Assembly (NCBI GenBank): GCA_033763315.1
Contig: JANRKS010000031.1
Location: 128,001-192,000, forward strand
Origin: Deltaproteobacteria bacterium
Lineage (GTDB): Bacteria > Myxococcota_A > Polyangia > Fen-1088
Reading direction: 5' to 3'
Length of the DNA: 64,000 nt
Positions within the stretch are counted from its first letter, which is position 1, and each line of letters opens with the position of its first letter. Positions 19,025-31,360 of the stretch are shown piece after piece. The notes under the pieces are model-generated. The model searched no databases. It had not been told where the DNA came from and was given only the letters and a program-made list of their open reading frames with translations. A program made the position numbers and the translations under genes.

Positions 19025-21286
19025 ATGACGGCGATGAGCCGCACCACTGCCCCACGCGCCGCCGTGGTTGCCGTCGCCACGCCCCGGGGCACGTTGGCCT
19101 CCGAGCTGTTGCTATGCGAAGCCGTGGGCCTCGCCGTCGAACTGCTGGCTTGGGGCGTCCCTTTATGGACCACGTTGCGTACCTCATCTGCGGTCCTGCG
19201 CGTGGTTGCCGTTGTTTTCGGCACGTTTGCTGTTGCCGGCGCCATTCGATTGTTCGATGTGGCACGACCTCTGTTGGCGGTGGCGCGGCGGCGTGAGCGT
19301 CAAGAAGCGGTTCCCCCGGCGTTGGGGCCTCCCGCGCTCAAAGCGCTCGTGCGTTTGCCCGGCGAGTCCGCTTTGCTCCGGTTTTTCGGTTGGCTCGTTT
19401 TGGTGCTGGGAACGCTCGCCTGGTGCTTGTGGGCGCATCGTCTTGCGTTCGTGCAAGCCGCGCAGGTGGCGGGCGTGGCCTTCATCCACGGCGCGGGGGC
19501 CGCGGCTTTGCGAGGTCGGTTGCTTGAGGGCCGCCTGCGACGCCTGCGGGGGTGGCTTTTGCCAGGCACCGACGGCATGCGCGTGTATATGGAGGTCTAC
19601 CGGCGGCGCCTCGGCCGCACGGGTGTGCTGGTGTTGTCCGCGGGGCATGCGTTCTGGTTGTGGCTGACCTCAAGCGCGCTGGACGTCGGCGGCTTGGGGG
19701 TGGTGATGTGGGGGTGGCCTGTGCTGTTTGTGGGCACGTACTCCTGGGGGCGTTCATTGCGCCGGCGCAGCCAACCCATTGAGGCCTACTTCAACGTGCT
19801 TTACCGTTCCGCCTCGGTGCGGGGGCCGGCTCGTGATGAACCCACCGCGGTGCCTGCGTTCCGGGCGGCGCAAGCCTTGCCGTATCGGCTGGCAGGTTAT
19901 CTGTCATTCACTTTGGCCGTGGCTCTGCTCGGCGCGGTGGCCGTAGGACGATGGCGCGTGGGTTACCCTGCGGCCGTGGCCGCGCACATGTTGTTGGCGG
20001 CGACGGTCGCGGTGTTTGCGTGCGGTGGCTACGTGTTGCTGCTGCTGCGACGGGTGGTGAACCCTTTCTTGCGCCACTTGGGCTCGCGACATCATCTGCC
20101 TTTGCAGCAGATTCGTTCGCCCGCGGGCGTGTCACTGCGCATCGCTGTGGTGTTCGCGTCGTTTGGCGCGTGCTTGGCGGGGCCTTGGGCCATCGCCGTG
20201 GCGGCCAGCGAGCCCGTGCCGTGGCTGCGGGCTTTGGGTGGCCTTGTGTTGGCTTTGGGTTTGGCGTGGCTGGTGACCAACGACACTTTGCGCCCGCTGA
20301 GCATGTTGGAAATGCGTTCGGAAGAAATGGCGCGTGGTGAACTGGCGCGCCCCGTTTCGCCCGCCGGTGAAGCCGATGAGATCGGTCGTCTCACCGTGGC
20401 TTTCGAAGAGATGCGAAGGGCGTTGCGTGATCGTTTGCGTTCCACTGAATCCATCAACGTTGATCTCGAGCGTGAAGTCAGGCGGCGCACGGACGCCCTC
20501 GAAAAGCGCAACGCTGAGCTCGCGGACGCCCTCGATAAGCTCAAGCGGGCGCAGGATGATCTTGTGCGTTCAGAGAAATTGGCATCCATGGGCCGTTTGG
20601 TCGCCGGCATCGCGCACGAGATCAACAACCCCGTCAACGCGGTGATCAACACCCTCGACCCATTGGGCGAGCAACTGGACGACATCGAGAAAACCGCCGA
20701 TCCCCAGCAGACGATGGCGTTGGCAAAAGAAGCGAAAGATATGTTGAGTGTCATTCGCCGTGGCGCCGCACGCACCAAGGCAATTGTGCGCGCTTTACAC
20801 AATTATTCACGCGGTGACGAGAACCAATTTCGTGTTGTGGATTTTTCGCGCGTGGTGCGCGACACGCTCGATCTGCTTCGACACCAATTGCGTGACATCA
20901 ACGTCGCGGTGGATGTGCCCTCGCCGTGTGAGATGCAGGCCATGCCCGGGCAAATCGATCAGGCCGTGATGAACATCGTTGTGAACGCAGCGCAAGCGCT
21001 TGCCGAATCGTCCGTGGCGCAGAAGAACATCAACATTCGCGCTCAGCAAAACGCAGACGAGTGGCGCGTGACTATCGCCGACAACGGCCCGGGCATCCCG
21101 CCTGACGTGTTGCCGAAGATCTTCGATCCGTTCTTCACAACCAAAGGCGTGGGCGAAGGCGCAGGCCTGGGGCTTTCAATCGTGCATGGAATCATTGAAC
21201 GACACGGCGGCAAATTGTTGGTTGATACGTCACCTTCCACTGGCACCACGTTCACATTCGTGTTGCCTATGGCCACGCCCGCTTAA
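19025..21286 (+). CDS. Multi-TM HAMP sensor histidine kinase (NtrB-like)
   Basis: Many TM helices, HAMP (DEIGRLTVAFEEM), SEKLASMGRLVAGIAHEINNP, DNGPG, FDPFFTTK, GLGL. Confidence 0.93.
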   Translation: MTAMSRTTAPRAAVVAVATPRGTLASELLLCEAVGLAVELLAWGVPLWTTLRTSSAVLRVVAVVFGTFAVAGAIRLFDVARPLLAVARRRERQEAVPPALGPPALKALVRLPGESALLRFFGWLVLVLGTLAWCLWAHRLAFVQAAQVAGVAFIHGAGAAALRGRLLEGRLRRLRGWLLPGTDGMRVYMEVYRRRLGRTGVLVLSAGHAFWLWLTSSALDVGGLGVVMWGWPVLFVGTYSWGRSLRRRSQPIEAYFNVLYRSASVRGPARDEPTAVPAFRAAQALPYRLAGYLSFTLAVALLGAVAVGRWRVGYPAAVAAHMLLAATVAVFACGGYVLLLLRRVVNPFLRHLGSRHHLPLQQIRSPAGVSLRIAVVFASFGACLAGPWAIAVAASEPVPWLRALGGLVLALGLAWLVTNDTLRPLSMLEMRSEEMARGELARPVSPAGEADEIGRLTVAFEEMRRALRDRLRSTESINVDLEREVRRRTDALEKRNAELADALDKLKRAQDDLVRSEKLASMGRLVAGIAHEINNPVNAVINTLDPLGEQLDDIEKTADPQQTMALAKEAKDMLSVIRRGAARTKAIVRALHNYSRGDENQFRVVDFSRVVRDTLDLLRHQLRDINVAVDVPSPCEMQAMPGQIDQAVMNIVVNAAQALAESSVAQKNINIRAQQNADEWRVTIADNGPGIPPDVLPKIFDPFFTTKGVGEGAGLGLSIVHGIIERHGGKLLVDTSPSTGTTFTFVLPMATPA

Positions 21287-22200
21287 GCCAGAACGGCCGA
21301 GCTCAGATTCCACGCGCCCATGTGAGCCGCCACGCGTGCGTCCAGATCCCGGCTCGCCCACGCGATGTTGGCCTCCGGAAACCCAAGCAGCTTTGGACCT
21401 TCTGAAAGCGCCATTTCCATCGCCACGGGATCTAGCGGAGTGCCTACGTCAAGGCCTATGCGTTCCACCACCGCGTTTGCCAGGGTGACGAAATTGCTCA
21501 CGGCATAAGGCTTCCAGGGATCATAAGCGTAGGGCTCAGCGATGCAGTGGCGGATGATCGTGGGCATGCCCCATTTAACGGCCAGCAGCCGGCCAACTGT
21601 GGCGTGGCTGCCCATCACCACTTTGCCCCAGTCGCCCGCATCAAGCCACCGATCCACGCCCGCTCCGGCGAGCCGCCGCTCCGAATCCAGCAACAGCGCG
21701 GCCACCACCGGTTTGCCCAGATCGTGCAGCAAACCGCCCGTATAGGCCGCTTTCGTGACCTCTCCATGGCCGAGGCCGAAGACGAAGCCCGCCAAATCTT
21801 GCGCCACCAGAGCCACCGCCACGCAGTGTTCCCACACCCGCTGGCGGTTGGCGTTGATGTCAGCGTTGCGCGACAAGATGGGGCGGTCGACGCCCGAGTC
21901 GTCCAAAAAGATGCGCGCCGAACGCGGGCCCAAGCGCGCCACCGCGTCCTGCGGTGTACACACCGCTGCGCCCGCCGAATACGCCGCGCTGTTGGCTTTT
22001 CGGATCAAGCGCGCGACGCATAGCGGATCTGGCTCTAAAGCCGTTGCCACTTTGTGAGGCGCAAAAGGGCTTTCGGATAAAGCTTCCGCCGCCGCGCGAA
22101 GCACCCAGGGCAACGCTGGCAAAGCAAGGTCGTCCTCGGTCACCCGTTTGAGCACAACACTGCTTATCTGACCGATCGGCGGCGCGGAGCCTTCACCCAC
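21283..22200 (-). CDS. HDOD-domain protein
   Basis: LPALP, DPLCVARLIRKANSAAY, WEHCVAVA, LLHDLGK, HATVGRLLAVKWGMP. Confidence 0.9.
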   Translation of the reverse strand: MGEGSAPPIGQISSVVLKRVTEDDLALPALPWVLRAAAEALSESPFAPHKVATALEPDPLCVARLIRKANSAAYSAGAAVCTPQDAVARLGPRSARIFLDDSGVDRPILSRNADINANRQRVWEHCVAVALVAQDLAGFVFGLGHGEVTKAAYTGGLLHDLGKPVVAALLLDSERRLAGAGVDRWLDAGDWGKVVMGSHATVGRLLAVKWGMPTIIRHCIAEPYAYDPWKPYAVSNFVTLANAVVERIGLDVGTPLDPVAMEMALSEGPKLLGFPEANIAWASRDLDARVAAHMGAWNLSSAVLA

Positions 22201-22264
22201 TGCGCACCAGTGTATCCCTAACAGGGGGCGCCGCCAAAACGGCGATACGCAGTAAACTGCGATC

Positions 22265-23467
22265 GTGCCAGCCGCAAAAAATTCGTCTTTGCTCGATCCC
22301 CCGTCCTTTGCCGGCGGTGTGTTCCGCGCCGATCTTCCAAACGGCCGCGCCGGGGCTGAGGTAACAGTTGGGCTCTATGCGGTCAAAGCCCACACCAGCA
22401 CCGGCGCTGACATCGAGATCCCCTACGGCCGATGTCACCTTGAACAAGGCGGCGCGAGCGGGCGCATGGTGTTTTGCCGCGACCAAGAGCGGACAGTCAC
22501 GATCTTTAGCGAGGCGCCTGGTTTCCTCGCGGCGCTCACAGCGGCAGGTGGCGTGGCCCTGGCGGGGCCATTGGCCAACATCAAGCGTGCGCAAACCACG
22601 CAGCGAAAAGCAGCGGGTCGTTTGTGGCTGGTGGCGGCGAGCGCGGTGTTGTTGCTGCTTGCGGGCGGTTACGTTGGGCTGCGATCAGCGGCAGGGGTTG
22701 CCGCCCGCGCCCTGCCGGTGTCGGTGGATCGAAAGCTTGGCGACGCCGCTTATGCCGCTTTGCCTAAGCAGGGTCCGCTGGTCACCGATCCGGTCGTGGT
22801 CAACGCTGTGCAAGACATCGTCTCTCGCTTGGCGGTGCTGGCTCCCCCCACCTTCACGTTCCGCGTGGCGGTTGTGGATTCGGAAATCAAGAATGCCTTT
22901 TGTCTGCCAGGCGGCCAGATCGTTGTGTTCACAGGTTTGCTCGCGCTGGCGGAATCACCGTCCGAAGTTGCCGGCGTGCTGGCGCATGAGATGGCCCACG
23001 CGGTTCTTCGCCACGGCATCGAGCGCGTGGCACAAACGATGGGTGTGGTTGTCGCCTTTCAACTATTGATTGGCGACGTGGCTGGGCTTGCGGCGCTGGG
23101 CGCGCAGCTGGCGCAAGAAGGACTGCTCACAAGCTATTCGCGTGACCAAGAAAGCGCGGCCGACCTGCATGGTCTGCCCTGGACAAATGATGCCGGCTTT
23201 GACGCTCAGGCGTTGGGCACGATCCTTTTGCGTTTGGACAAGGGCACGGCGCTTGTTCCCAGTTGGCTGGGGTCCCATCCAGAACCGCGGCAGCGACAAG
23301 CGGCGATCGCCTCTTTGTCGCGGACGCTTACTCGACGCGCACCCGTGGTGCTGCCGTTTAACTGGGGCGAGGTTCGCGCGCATCTGCCGCGACCAGCTGG
23401 AGTAGACAGCAAAACCGAAGTGAACCAAGATGCTGGGGTGCCAGACGCAGGCGAGGGAATCCAATGA
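22265..23467 (+). CDS. M48-family (Oma1/BepA-like) Zn metallopeptidase with an N-terminal cytoplasmic domain and TM helix
   Basis: NAFCLPGG, VLAHEMAH, YSRDQESAAD, LGSHP. Confidence 0.92.
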   Translation: MPAAKNSSLLDPPSFAGGVFRADLPNGRAGAEVTVGLYAVKAHTSTGADIEIPYGRCHLEQGGASGRMVFCRDQERTVTIFSEAPGFLAALTAAGGVALAGPLANIKRAQTTQRKAAGRLWLVAASAVLLLLAGGYVGLRSAAGVAARALPVSVDRKLGDAAYAALPKQGPLVTDPVVVNAVQDIVSRLAVLAPPTFTFRVAVVDSEIKNAFCLPGGQIVVFTGLLALAESPSEVAGVLAHEMAHAVLRHGIERVAQTMGVVVAFQLLIGDVAGLAALGAQLAQEGLLTSYSRDQESAADLHGLPWTNDAGFDAQALGTILLRLDKGTALVPSWLGSHPEPRQRQAAIASLSRTLTRRAPVVLPFNWGEVRAHLPRPAGVDSKTEVNQDAGVPDAGEGIQ

Positions 23468-24123
23468 TGCAAGCGCAGATCAAAGACAAGGCCGCGTTCG
23501 CCAACGTGCATCTGCAATTGCAACCCGGGGACAGCGTGGTGGCTCAAGCCGACGCCATGTCGCGGATGAGCGCCACCATTGACATGACCACGCGTATGGC
23601 TGGAGGGTTCTTCACGGCGTTGGCGCGTCGGTTTTTAGGGCAAGAGTCGATGTTCATGAACACGTTCACCACACAAACCGGCGGTGAGCTTGTGCTGACG
23701 CAGCCAACCCCAGGGGACATTGACTGCGTCACGCTTAACGGCACGTCGCTTTACTTGCAACCGGGCGCGTTCATCGCCTGCGAGCCTACGGTGGCTTTGG
23801 GTTTGGGCTGGGCTGGACTTGCAAGCTTTATCGGCAAAGAGGGCTTGTTTCGCCTAAAAGTCAGCGGCGAAGGCCGCGTGTGGTTTGGTGCCTATGGCGG
23901 CCTCGTCACGCAAGAGATCAACGGGGAGCTGTTGGTGGATACAGCGCACCTTGTGGCCTACGAGCCAACGTTGCGCGTGAAGATGGGACTGCCGGGCGGT
24001 TTATTCTCGAGCTTTCTGGGCGGCGAGGGGTTGATCACGAGGCTGCAAGGGCAGGGGCGGGCGTATTTGCAAACACGCTCAATCGATGGCTTGGCCGCGT
24101 GGACGAACGCGCGTCTTTATTAA
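23464..24123 (+). CDS. AIM24 / TIGR00266-family protein (copy 1)
   Basis: LQPGDSVVAQADAM, GQESMFMNTF, PGDI, VDTAHLVAYE, GGEGL, YLQTRS; ATGA overlap with the M48 gene. Confidence 0.9.
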   Translation: MMQAQIKDKAAFANVHLQLQPGDSVVAQADAMSRMSATIDMTTRMAGGFFTALARRFLGQESMFMNTFTTQTGGELVLTQPTPGDIDCVTLNGTSLYLQPGAFIACEPTVALGLGWAGLASFIGKEGLFRLKVSGEGRVWFGAYGGLVTQEINGELLVDTAHLVAYEPTLRVKMGLPGGLFSSFLGGEGLITRLQGQGRAYLQTRSIDGLAAWTNARLY

Positions 24124-24133
24124 GGGGCTTGCA

Positions 24134-24814
24134 ATGCGTGCTGAAATTTTATGTAAACCTGCGAGCACCGTGGCGCAGTTAACACTGCAAGCCGGCGAAG
24201 CTGTGACCTGTGAAGTGGGCGCCATGATCGCGATGAGTCCGGGCTTGCAGGTGGAGACCTCAAGCCGCAAGCGTGGTGGCGGTGGCCTCGTGAAAGGCCT
24301 CAAGCGAATGTTTGCCGGCGAAAATTTCTTCCTCAACCACTTTACGGCTCAACAACCAAACCAAACTCTGTGGCTCGGTCCGACGCTGGTCGGCGACATT
24401 GCCCAGCATCATCTCTCTGGTGGCACGCTCGTTGTGCAGGGAGGCAGTTGGTTGGCAAGCGATCCAGACGTGCAGATCGATGCCACGTGGCAAGGCTTTG
24501 GCAAGGCGCTGTTTTCGGGCGAGAGCGTGTTTTGGGTCAAACTTTCAGGCACGGGTGACGTGTTGTTGTCGAGCTTCGGCGCCATCACAACCGTTAACGT
24601 TGACGGCGAGTATGTTGTGGACACCGGCCACATCGTTGCATTCGAAGACACACTGCAATTTCGCATCACGAAAGCGGGCGCCAGCTTGATCGGGAGCCTT
24701 CTGGGCGGCGAAGGTCTCGTGTGTCGGTTTTCGGGGCAGGGCAAGCTCTATTGCCAAAGTCACAACCCGAAAAGCTTTGGACAAGAACTAGGCCCGTTGT
24801 TGAAGCCACGTTGA
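24134..24814 (+). CDS. AIM24 / TIGR00266-family protein (copy 2)
   Basis: GENFFLNHF, VDTGHIVAFE, GGEGLVCRFSGQG; start moved to MRAEIL. Confidence 0.9.
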   Translation: MRAEILCKPASTVAQLTLQAGEAVTCEVGAMIAMSPGLQVETSSRKRGGGGLVKGLKRMFAGENFFLNHFTAQQPNQTLWLGPTLVGDIAQHHLSGGTLVVQGGSWLASDPDVQIDATWQGFGKALFSGESVFWVKLSGTGDVLLSSFGAITTVNVDGEYVVDTGHIVAFEDTLQFRITKAGASLIGSLLGGEGLVCRFSGQGKLYCQSHNPKSFGQELGPLLKPR

Positions 24815-24826
24815 AAGGTCAAACAG

Positions 24827-25552
24827 ATGAGTCACTCCAACGCACTCGACTTCTCGTTTGAACAGCGACCGGATTTCACGTGGTTGAACGTGTCCCTTCG
24901 TGCGGGACAGAAGATCTTGGCGGAGCCATCGGCCATGGCCACGATGGATCCCACGGTCACGATGAAGGCCGGGTTGCGCGGCGGTTTAGGCAAAACGTTC
25001 GGTCGCATGTTAGGTGGTGAAAGCCTCATCATGAATACCTTTGCGGCGCCCACGGCCGGTGGGGCGGTTCGCTTTGCGCCCGGCACGCCCGGCGACATGG
25101 CCCACAAGAGTTTGGACGGCGGCAAATTTTATTTGCAGCGAGGCGCATTCGTGGCGCACAGCGAGGGCGTGGAACTCTCAGGCCGCTGGCAAGGCGCGCG
25201 CGGCTTTTTCTCTGGGCAAGGATTGGTGTTGTTGGAGGCCACGGGCCAAGGCGATCTGTTCTTCAACGCCTATGGCGCCATCTTGCCGATCGACGTCACC
25301 GATGAATTGATCGTGGACACAGGCTACGTCGTGGCTTTTGAGGACACGCTGGCCTACCAGGTGAGCGTGATGCCCGGGTTGCGTCCCGGCGCGAAGGTAA
25401 AGTCGTTCTTGTTTGGCGGCGAGGGTTTGGTGTGCCGGTTCCGGGGCCAAGGCAAGGTTTGGGTGCAAACGCGCGACGCAGGTGCCTTTCTGCGGTGGAC
25501 GTATCCCTTCCGGCCCGTGCGCAGCAAGAATGTGTCCTTAGGCGACAGCTAG
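24827..25552 (+). CDS. AIM24 / TIGR00266-family protein (copy 3)
   Basis: GGESLIMNTF, PGDM, VDTGYVVAFE, GGEGLVCRFRGQG. Confidence 0.9.
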   Translation: MSHSNALDFSFEQRPDFTWLNVSLRAGQKILAEPSAMATMDPTVTMKAGLRGGLGKTFGRMLGGESLIMNTFAAPTAGGAVRFAPGTPGDMAHKSLDGGKFYLQRGAFVAHSEGVELSGRWQGARGFFSGQGLVLLEATGQGDLFFNAYGAILPIDVTDELIVDTGYVVAFEDTLAYQVSVMPGLRPGAKVKSFLFGGEGLVCRFRGQGKVWVQTRDAGAFLRWTYPFRPVRSKNVSLGDS

Positions 25553-25718
25553 GGTTAGGGTGGATGCCTTCGCCGCTGCCGGCGCCCGGGTGGGCGAAAC
25601 GGCGCGACCGCTGTTGAAGGGTACGTGTGCGTTTGTTGAAAAATTTGACGCTCTCTGGATCCCCTTTAATGTAGGCGATGTAGGATTCATTCCTACGGTT
25701 AACGACACAGAGGAACAG

Positions 25719-28355
<2,637 letters not shown>

Positions 28356-28441
28356 ACGGCCGCGCCCGGCTTGAACAAAACTGGGCTTCCCCGCGTCATT
28401 ATTACGAGCGGGCAGGGCGGCGGGTGTGGCCTTTCGCTAGG

Positions 28442-29197
28442 ATGACAACGATGCTTTGGACTGCGTTGCAAAAGGTTTGTGTGTTGATCGCTGCCGCCAC
28501 TGGCACGCCGGCTGTACCCGCGAAGGCGGCACCCGTGCCCGCCCCAGCGCCGAGTCGCAGCGCTGAGCCGGCGGTCGCCAAGCCGACTGCGACGGGCTTG
28601 CCGTTGGCCGACGTCATCGCTCGCGTGCAAAAGAGCTACGACGGCGCTCAAAGTTTCAAGGCGCAATTCGAGCAAGCGCAGCTCAACGCCACTTTTGGAC
28701 GCACCACAAAATCCTCGGGCGACGTGACATTCAAGAAGCCTGGTCGCATGCGTTGGGATTACGCGCAGCCTGAAAAGAAGATGTTCGTGTCCAGTGGCGA
28801 TTTGCTGTGGCTATACGAACCTGAAGACAAGCAAGCTTTCAAGCAAGAGCTGAAGCAATCGCAACTGCCTGCGGCTTTGGCATTCTTGATGGGTAAGGGA
28901 CGCTTGTCGGATGAATTCAACATCGAGTTTGCGCCCAAACTCGAATATGGCCGCCCCGGTGACTATCGGCTGTCGCTTAAGCCGAAACAACCGCAGTCAA
29001 GCTACAAGGCGATCTACTTCATCGTTGATCCTGCCAGCTTTCAAGTGCGAGAGACGGTGCTTGTAGACTCGCAGGGCAACATCAACGACGTGACATTCAA
29101 AGACATGGCGTTCAACACCAAGGTCGCCGACGCCATTTTTGTTTGGAAGCCGCCCGCCGGGGTGCGCGTGATCGACGCGGCGAAGGCTCGCCCCTAA
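28442..29197 (+). CDS. lolA: Outer-membrane lipoprotein carrier LolA
   Basis: FKAQFEQ, KKPGRMRWDY, GDLLWLYEP; conserved position after ftsK. Confidence 0.88.
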   Translation: MTTMLWTALQKVCVLIAAATGTPAVPAKAAPVPAPAPSRSAEPAVAKPTATGLPLADVIARVQKSYDGAQSFKAQFEQAQLNATFGRTTKSSGDVTFKKPGRMRWDYAQPEKKMFVSSGDLLWLYEPEDKQAFKQELKQSQLPAALAFLMGKGRLSDEFNIEFAPKLEYGRPGDYRLSLKPKQPQSSYKAIYFIVDPASFQVRETVLVDSQGNINDVTFKDMAFNTKVADAIFVWKPPAGVRVIDAAKARP

Positions 29198-29217
29198 GGA
29201 CGCAGTGGGGGCGCGCG

Positions 29218-30102
29218 ATGCGTGCGATCCAGATCGAGACACCCAAGGGCACAGCGCCCTTCTTCTCGTGGCGAAAGCGCAAAGAAGCGGCGTTGAGCTT
29301 TGTCTGGCACTATCACGCCGAGATCGAGCTGACGTACATCATCCGCAGCCGCGGCGTGAGGTTTGTGGGGGATAGCACCGCGCCGTACGCAAGCGGGGAT
29401 CTAGTTTTGGTGGCGCCGTTGGTGCCGCACTCTTGGTCGGGCGATCCATCGTTTCGTGGTGATCACCAGTGTGTGGTGCTGCAGTTTCATCCACGCATGA
29501 TTCCCAACCACGACGCGGGCACCACGGATCAGATCCTGCCATTGTCTCGCCTCATGGCCGACGCCTGCCGTGGCGTGTCGTTCCACGGAACAGTCAAACA
29601 AAAGGCGGCCGCGTTGTTGCGTGACTTGGGGGCGCGACGGCCGCTTGATGGTTTGTCTCGACTTTACGCCTTGCTCGATCTGCTGAGTCAAGCGGGTGGC
29701 AAAGATCGGAGAGTTCTTTCTACGCGCGCTTATGGTGGACCCCTGACGACGCAGGCGGGTGAGACGAACGAGCTTTCGCGGGTGCTGGCATTTGTGTGGA
29801 CCCATCACCGCCACGCAATTTCTTTGCAAGAGGCTGCTGCGTCGATCGGGCGCAGCCCCAGCGCTTTTGCCCGCTTCTTCCGCAAGTCAACCGGTCACAG
29901 CTTCGTTGCATACCTGAATGAATTTCGCATTGCCCAGGCTGCATCCATGCTGCTTGAGCCCAACCACTCCGTCGCGCAAGTGGCACGCTCGGTGGGCTTT
30001 GCGAACTTGGCGCATTTCAATCGCATGTTTTTGCGATTGCGTGGTCAAACGCCCACGGTGTTTCGTCAACGCTTCGCCGCGTTTTTGGCCCCTCGGCTTT
30101 AG
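29218..30102 (+). CDS. AraC-family transcriptional regulator (cupin + HTH)
   Basis: WHYHAEIEL cupin; FARFFRK and VGFANLAHFNRMF double HTH. Confidence 0.93.
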   Translation: MRAIQIETPKGTAPFFSWRKRKEAALSFVWHYHAEIELTYIIRSRGVRFVGDSTAPYASGDLVLVAPLVPHSWSGDPSFRGDHQCVVLQFHPRMIPNHDAGTTDQILPLSRLMADACRGVSFHGTVKQKAAALLRDLGARRPLDGLSRLYALLDLLSQAGGKDRRVLSTRAYGGPLTTQAGETNELSRVLAFVWTHHRHAISLQEAAASIGRSPSAFARFFRKSTGHSFVAYLNEFRIAQAASMLLEPNHSVAQVARSVGFANLAHFNRMFLRLRGQTPTVFRQRFAAFLAPRL

Positions 30103-30382
30103 CCTGAGACCGCGAGGCGGCGCGATCGTACGTAACATCGGTCGGATCGTATCAGCTGTCCCTGATAGATCTTCATCGTGAACCTAACGCCTGGTCACGC
30201 CGGCGGTATCAAACCCCTGCAAAAGTTCGCTGCATTCGCAGAGATGCGCGGCGTGAGCCCGGCACTTTGGGCACCGACTTTAGTCCTATTGCTGTTGCCC
30301 TAACCGTTGATAGACCACGGATAGGCCATTCCCTGGGTGAGCTTAACACGATCGACTTAACACGATCGATAGGAGCAGTTCG

Positions 30383-31360
30383 ATGAACCTCAAACATGTG
30401 ATTCTGTGTGGCGCTTTGTCCGTATCGGTTGTTGCTGCGTGTGGAGGCGGCGGTTCCAGCGACGGCGAACCCAACGGCGGCAAGGGCGGAACAGGTGGCA
30501 AAAGTGTCACGGGCGGCAAGGGCGGCACCGCGGGAGGTGGTGTGGCCGGCAAAGGTGGTTCGTCAAATGGTGGCTCAGGTGGATCCAGTGGAGGTTTAGG
30601 TGGATCCAGTGGGGGAATGGGCGGCGGCGCAAACGGTGGTTCATCCGGCACAGGTGGATCTGCTGCGATGACCGGAGCGCCTAAGGACGGCCTCATTGCT
30701 TACTACCCGTTTGATGAAGGTACGGGGACGTCTGTCAAAGACGCGTCCGGAAACAACAATAACGGCATGGCCGTCGAGGGGGGCGTGATCGACTCGCCCG
30801 TCTCTGCGACTGTAAGTTGGTCAGACGGCAAAAAGGGCAAAGCCTTAACCCTGGACGGAACAAACGACTGGGTGAAAGTTCCACGCTCCGATAGCATTGA
30901 CACCACTGGTTTGAACGGCGCTGTCACCGTCGGTGCGTGGGTGAAAATGAGAGAGTATCGGCAGGCGGCGGCAAACTCCGCCTTCAACTTCCTTGTGTGT
31001 CGTCAAGAAGTCGGTACGTCCCACGAACACTTTGGTTTGGCGGTGCTTGAGGGCAAACCGACCGCCGCGGTTCATTTCTTCTTCTCGACCGCGGCTGACG
31101 TGATTGCCCTTGATACATGGACACACCTGGCGATGACTTACGATGGCATCACGCTGGTCGTTTACACGAATGGCGTCCTATCGAACACCTTGGATGTGGG
31201 TTGGCCCATCGCTGCTGATACCACTCCGTTAACGATTGGTGGCGCGCAGAATATCGATACGGTGAAAGAATTTGTCAGCGGAAGTCTGGACGAGGTTTAC
31301 GTCTACAACCGGGCGCTGGATGCCACCGAGATCACCGTTTTGATGAACGCCGCCAACTAG
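30383..31360 (+). CDS. LamG-like jellyroll lipoprotein with Gly-rich linker
   Basis: AGGAG RBS; VAAC lipobox; LIAYYPFDEG, WTHLAMTYDG, GSLDEVYVYNRAL. Confidence 0.88.
   Translation: MNLKHVILCGALSVSVVAACGGGGSSDGEPNGGKGGTGGKSVTGGKGGTAGGGVAGKGGSSNGGSGGSSGGLGGSSGGMGGGANGGSSGTGGSAAMTGAPKDGLIAYYPFDEGTGTSVKDASGNNNNGMAVEGGVIDSPVSATVSWSDGKKGKALTLDGTNDWVKVPRSDSIDTTGLNGAVTVGAWVKMREYRQAAANSAFNFLVCRQEVGTSHEHFGLAVLEGKPTAAVHFFFSTAADVIALDTWTHLAMTYDGITLVVYTNGVLSNTLDVGWPIAADTTPLTIGGAQNIDTVKEFVSGSLDEVYVYNRALDATEITVLMNAAN

Noticed and set aside
30577-30612. 15-bp direct repeat AGGTGGATCCAGTGG (two copies)
   Set aside because: It encodes the GGSSG linker of the lipoprotein; not a CRISPR repeat or att site.
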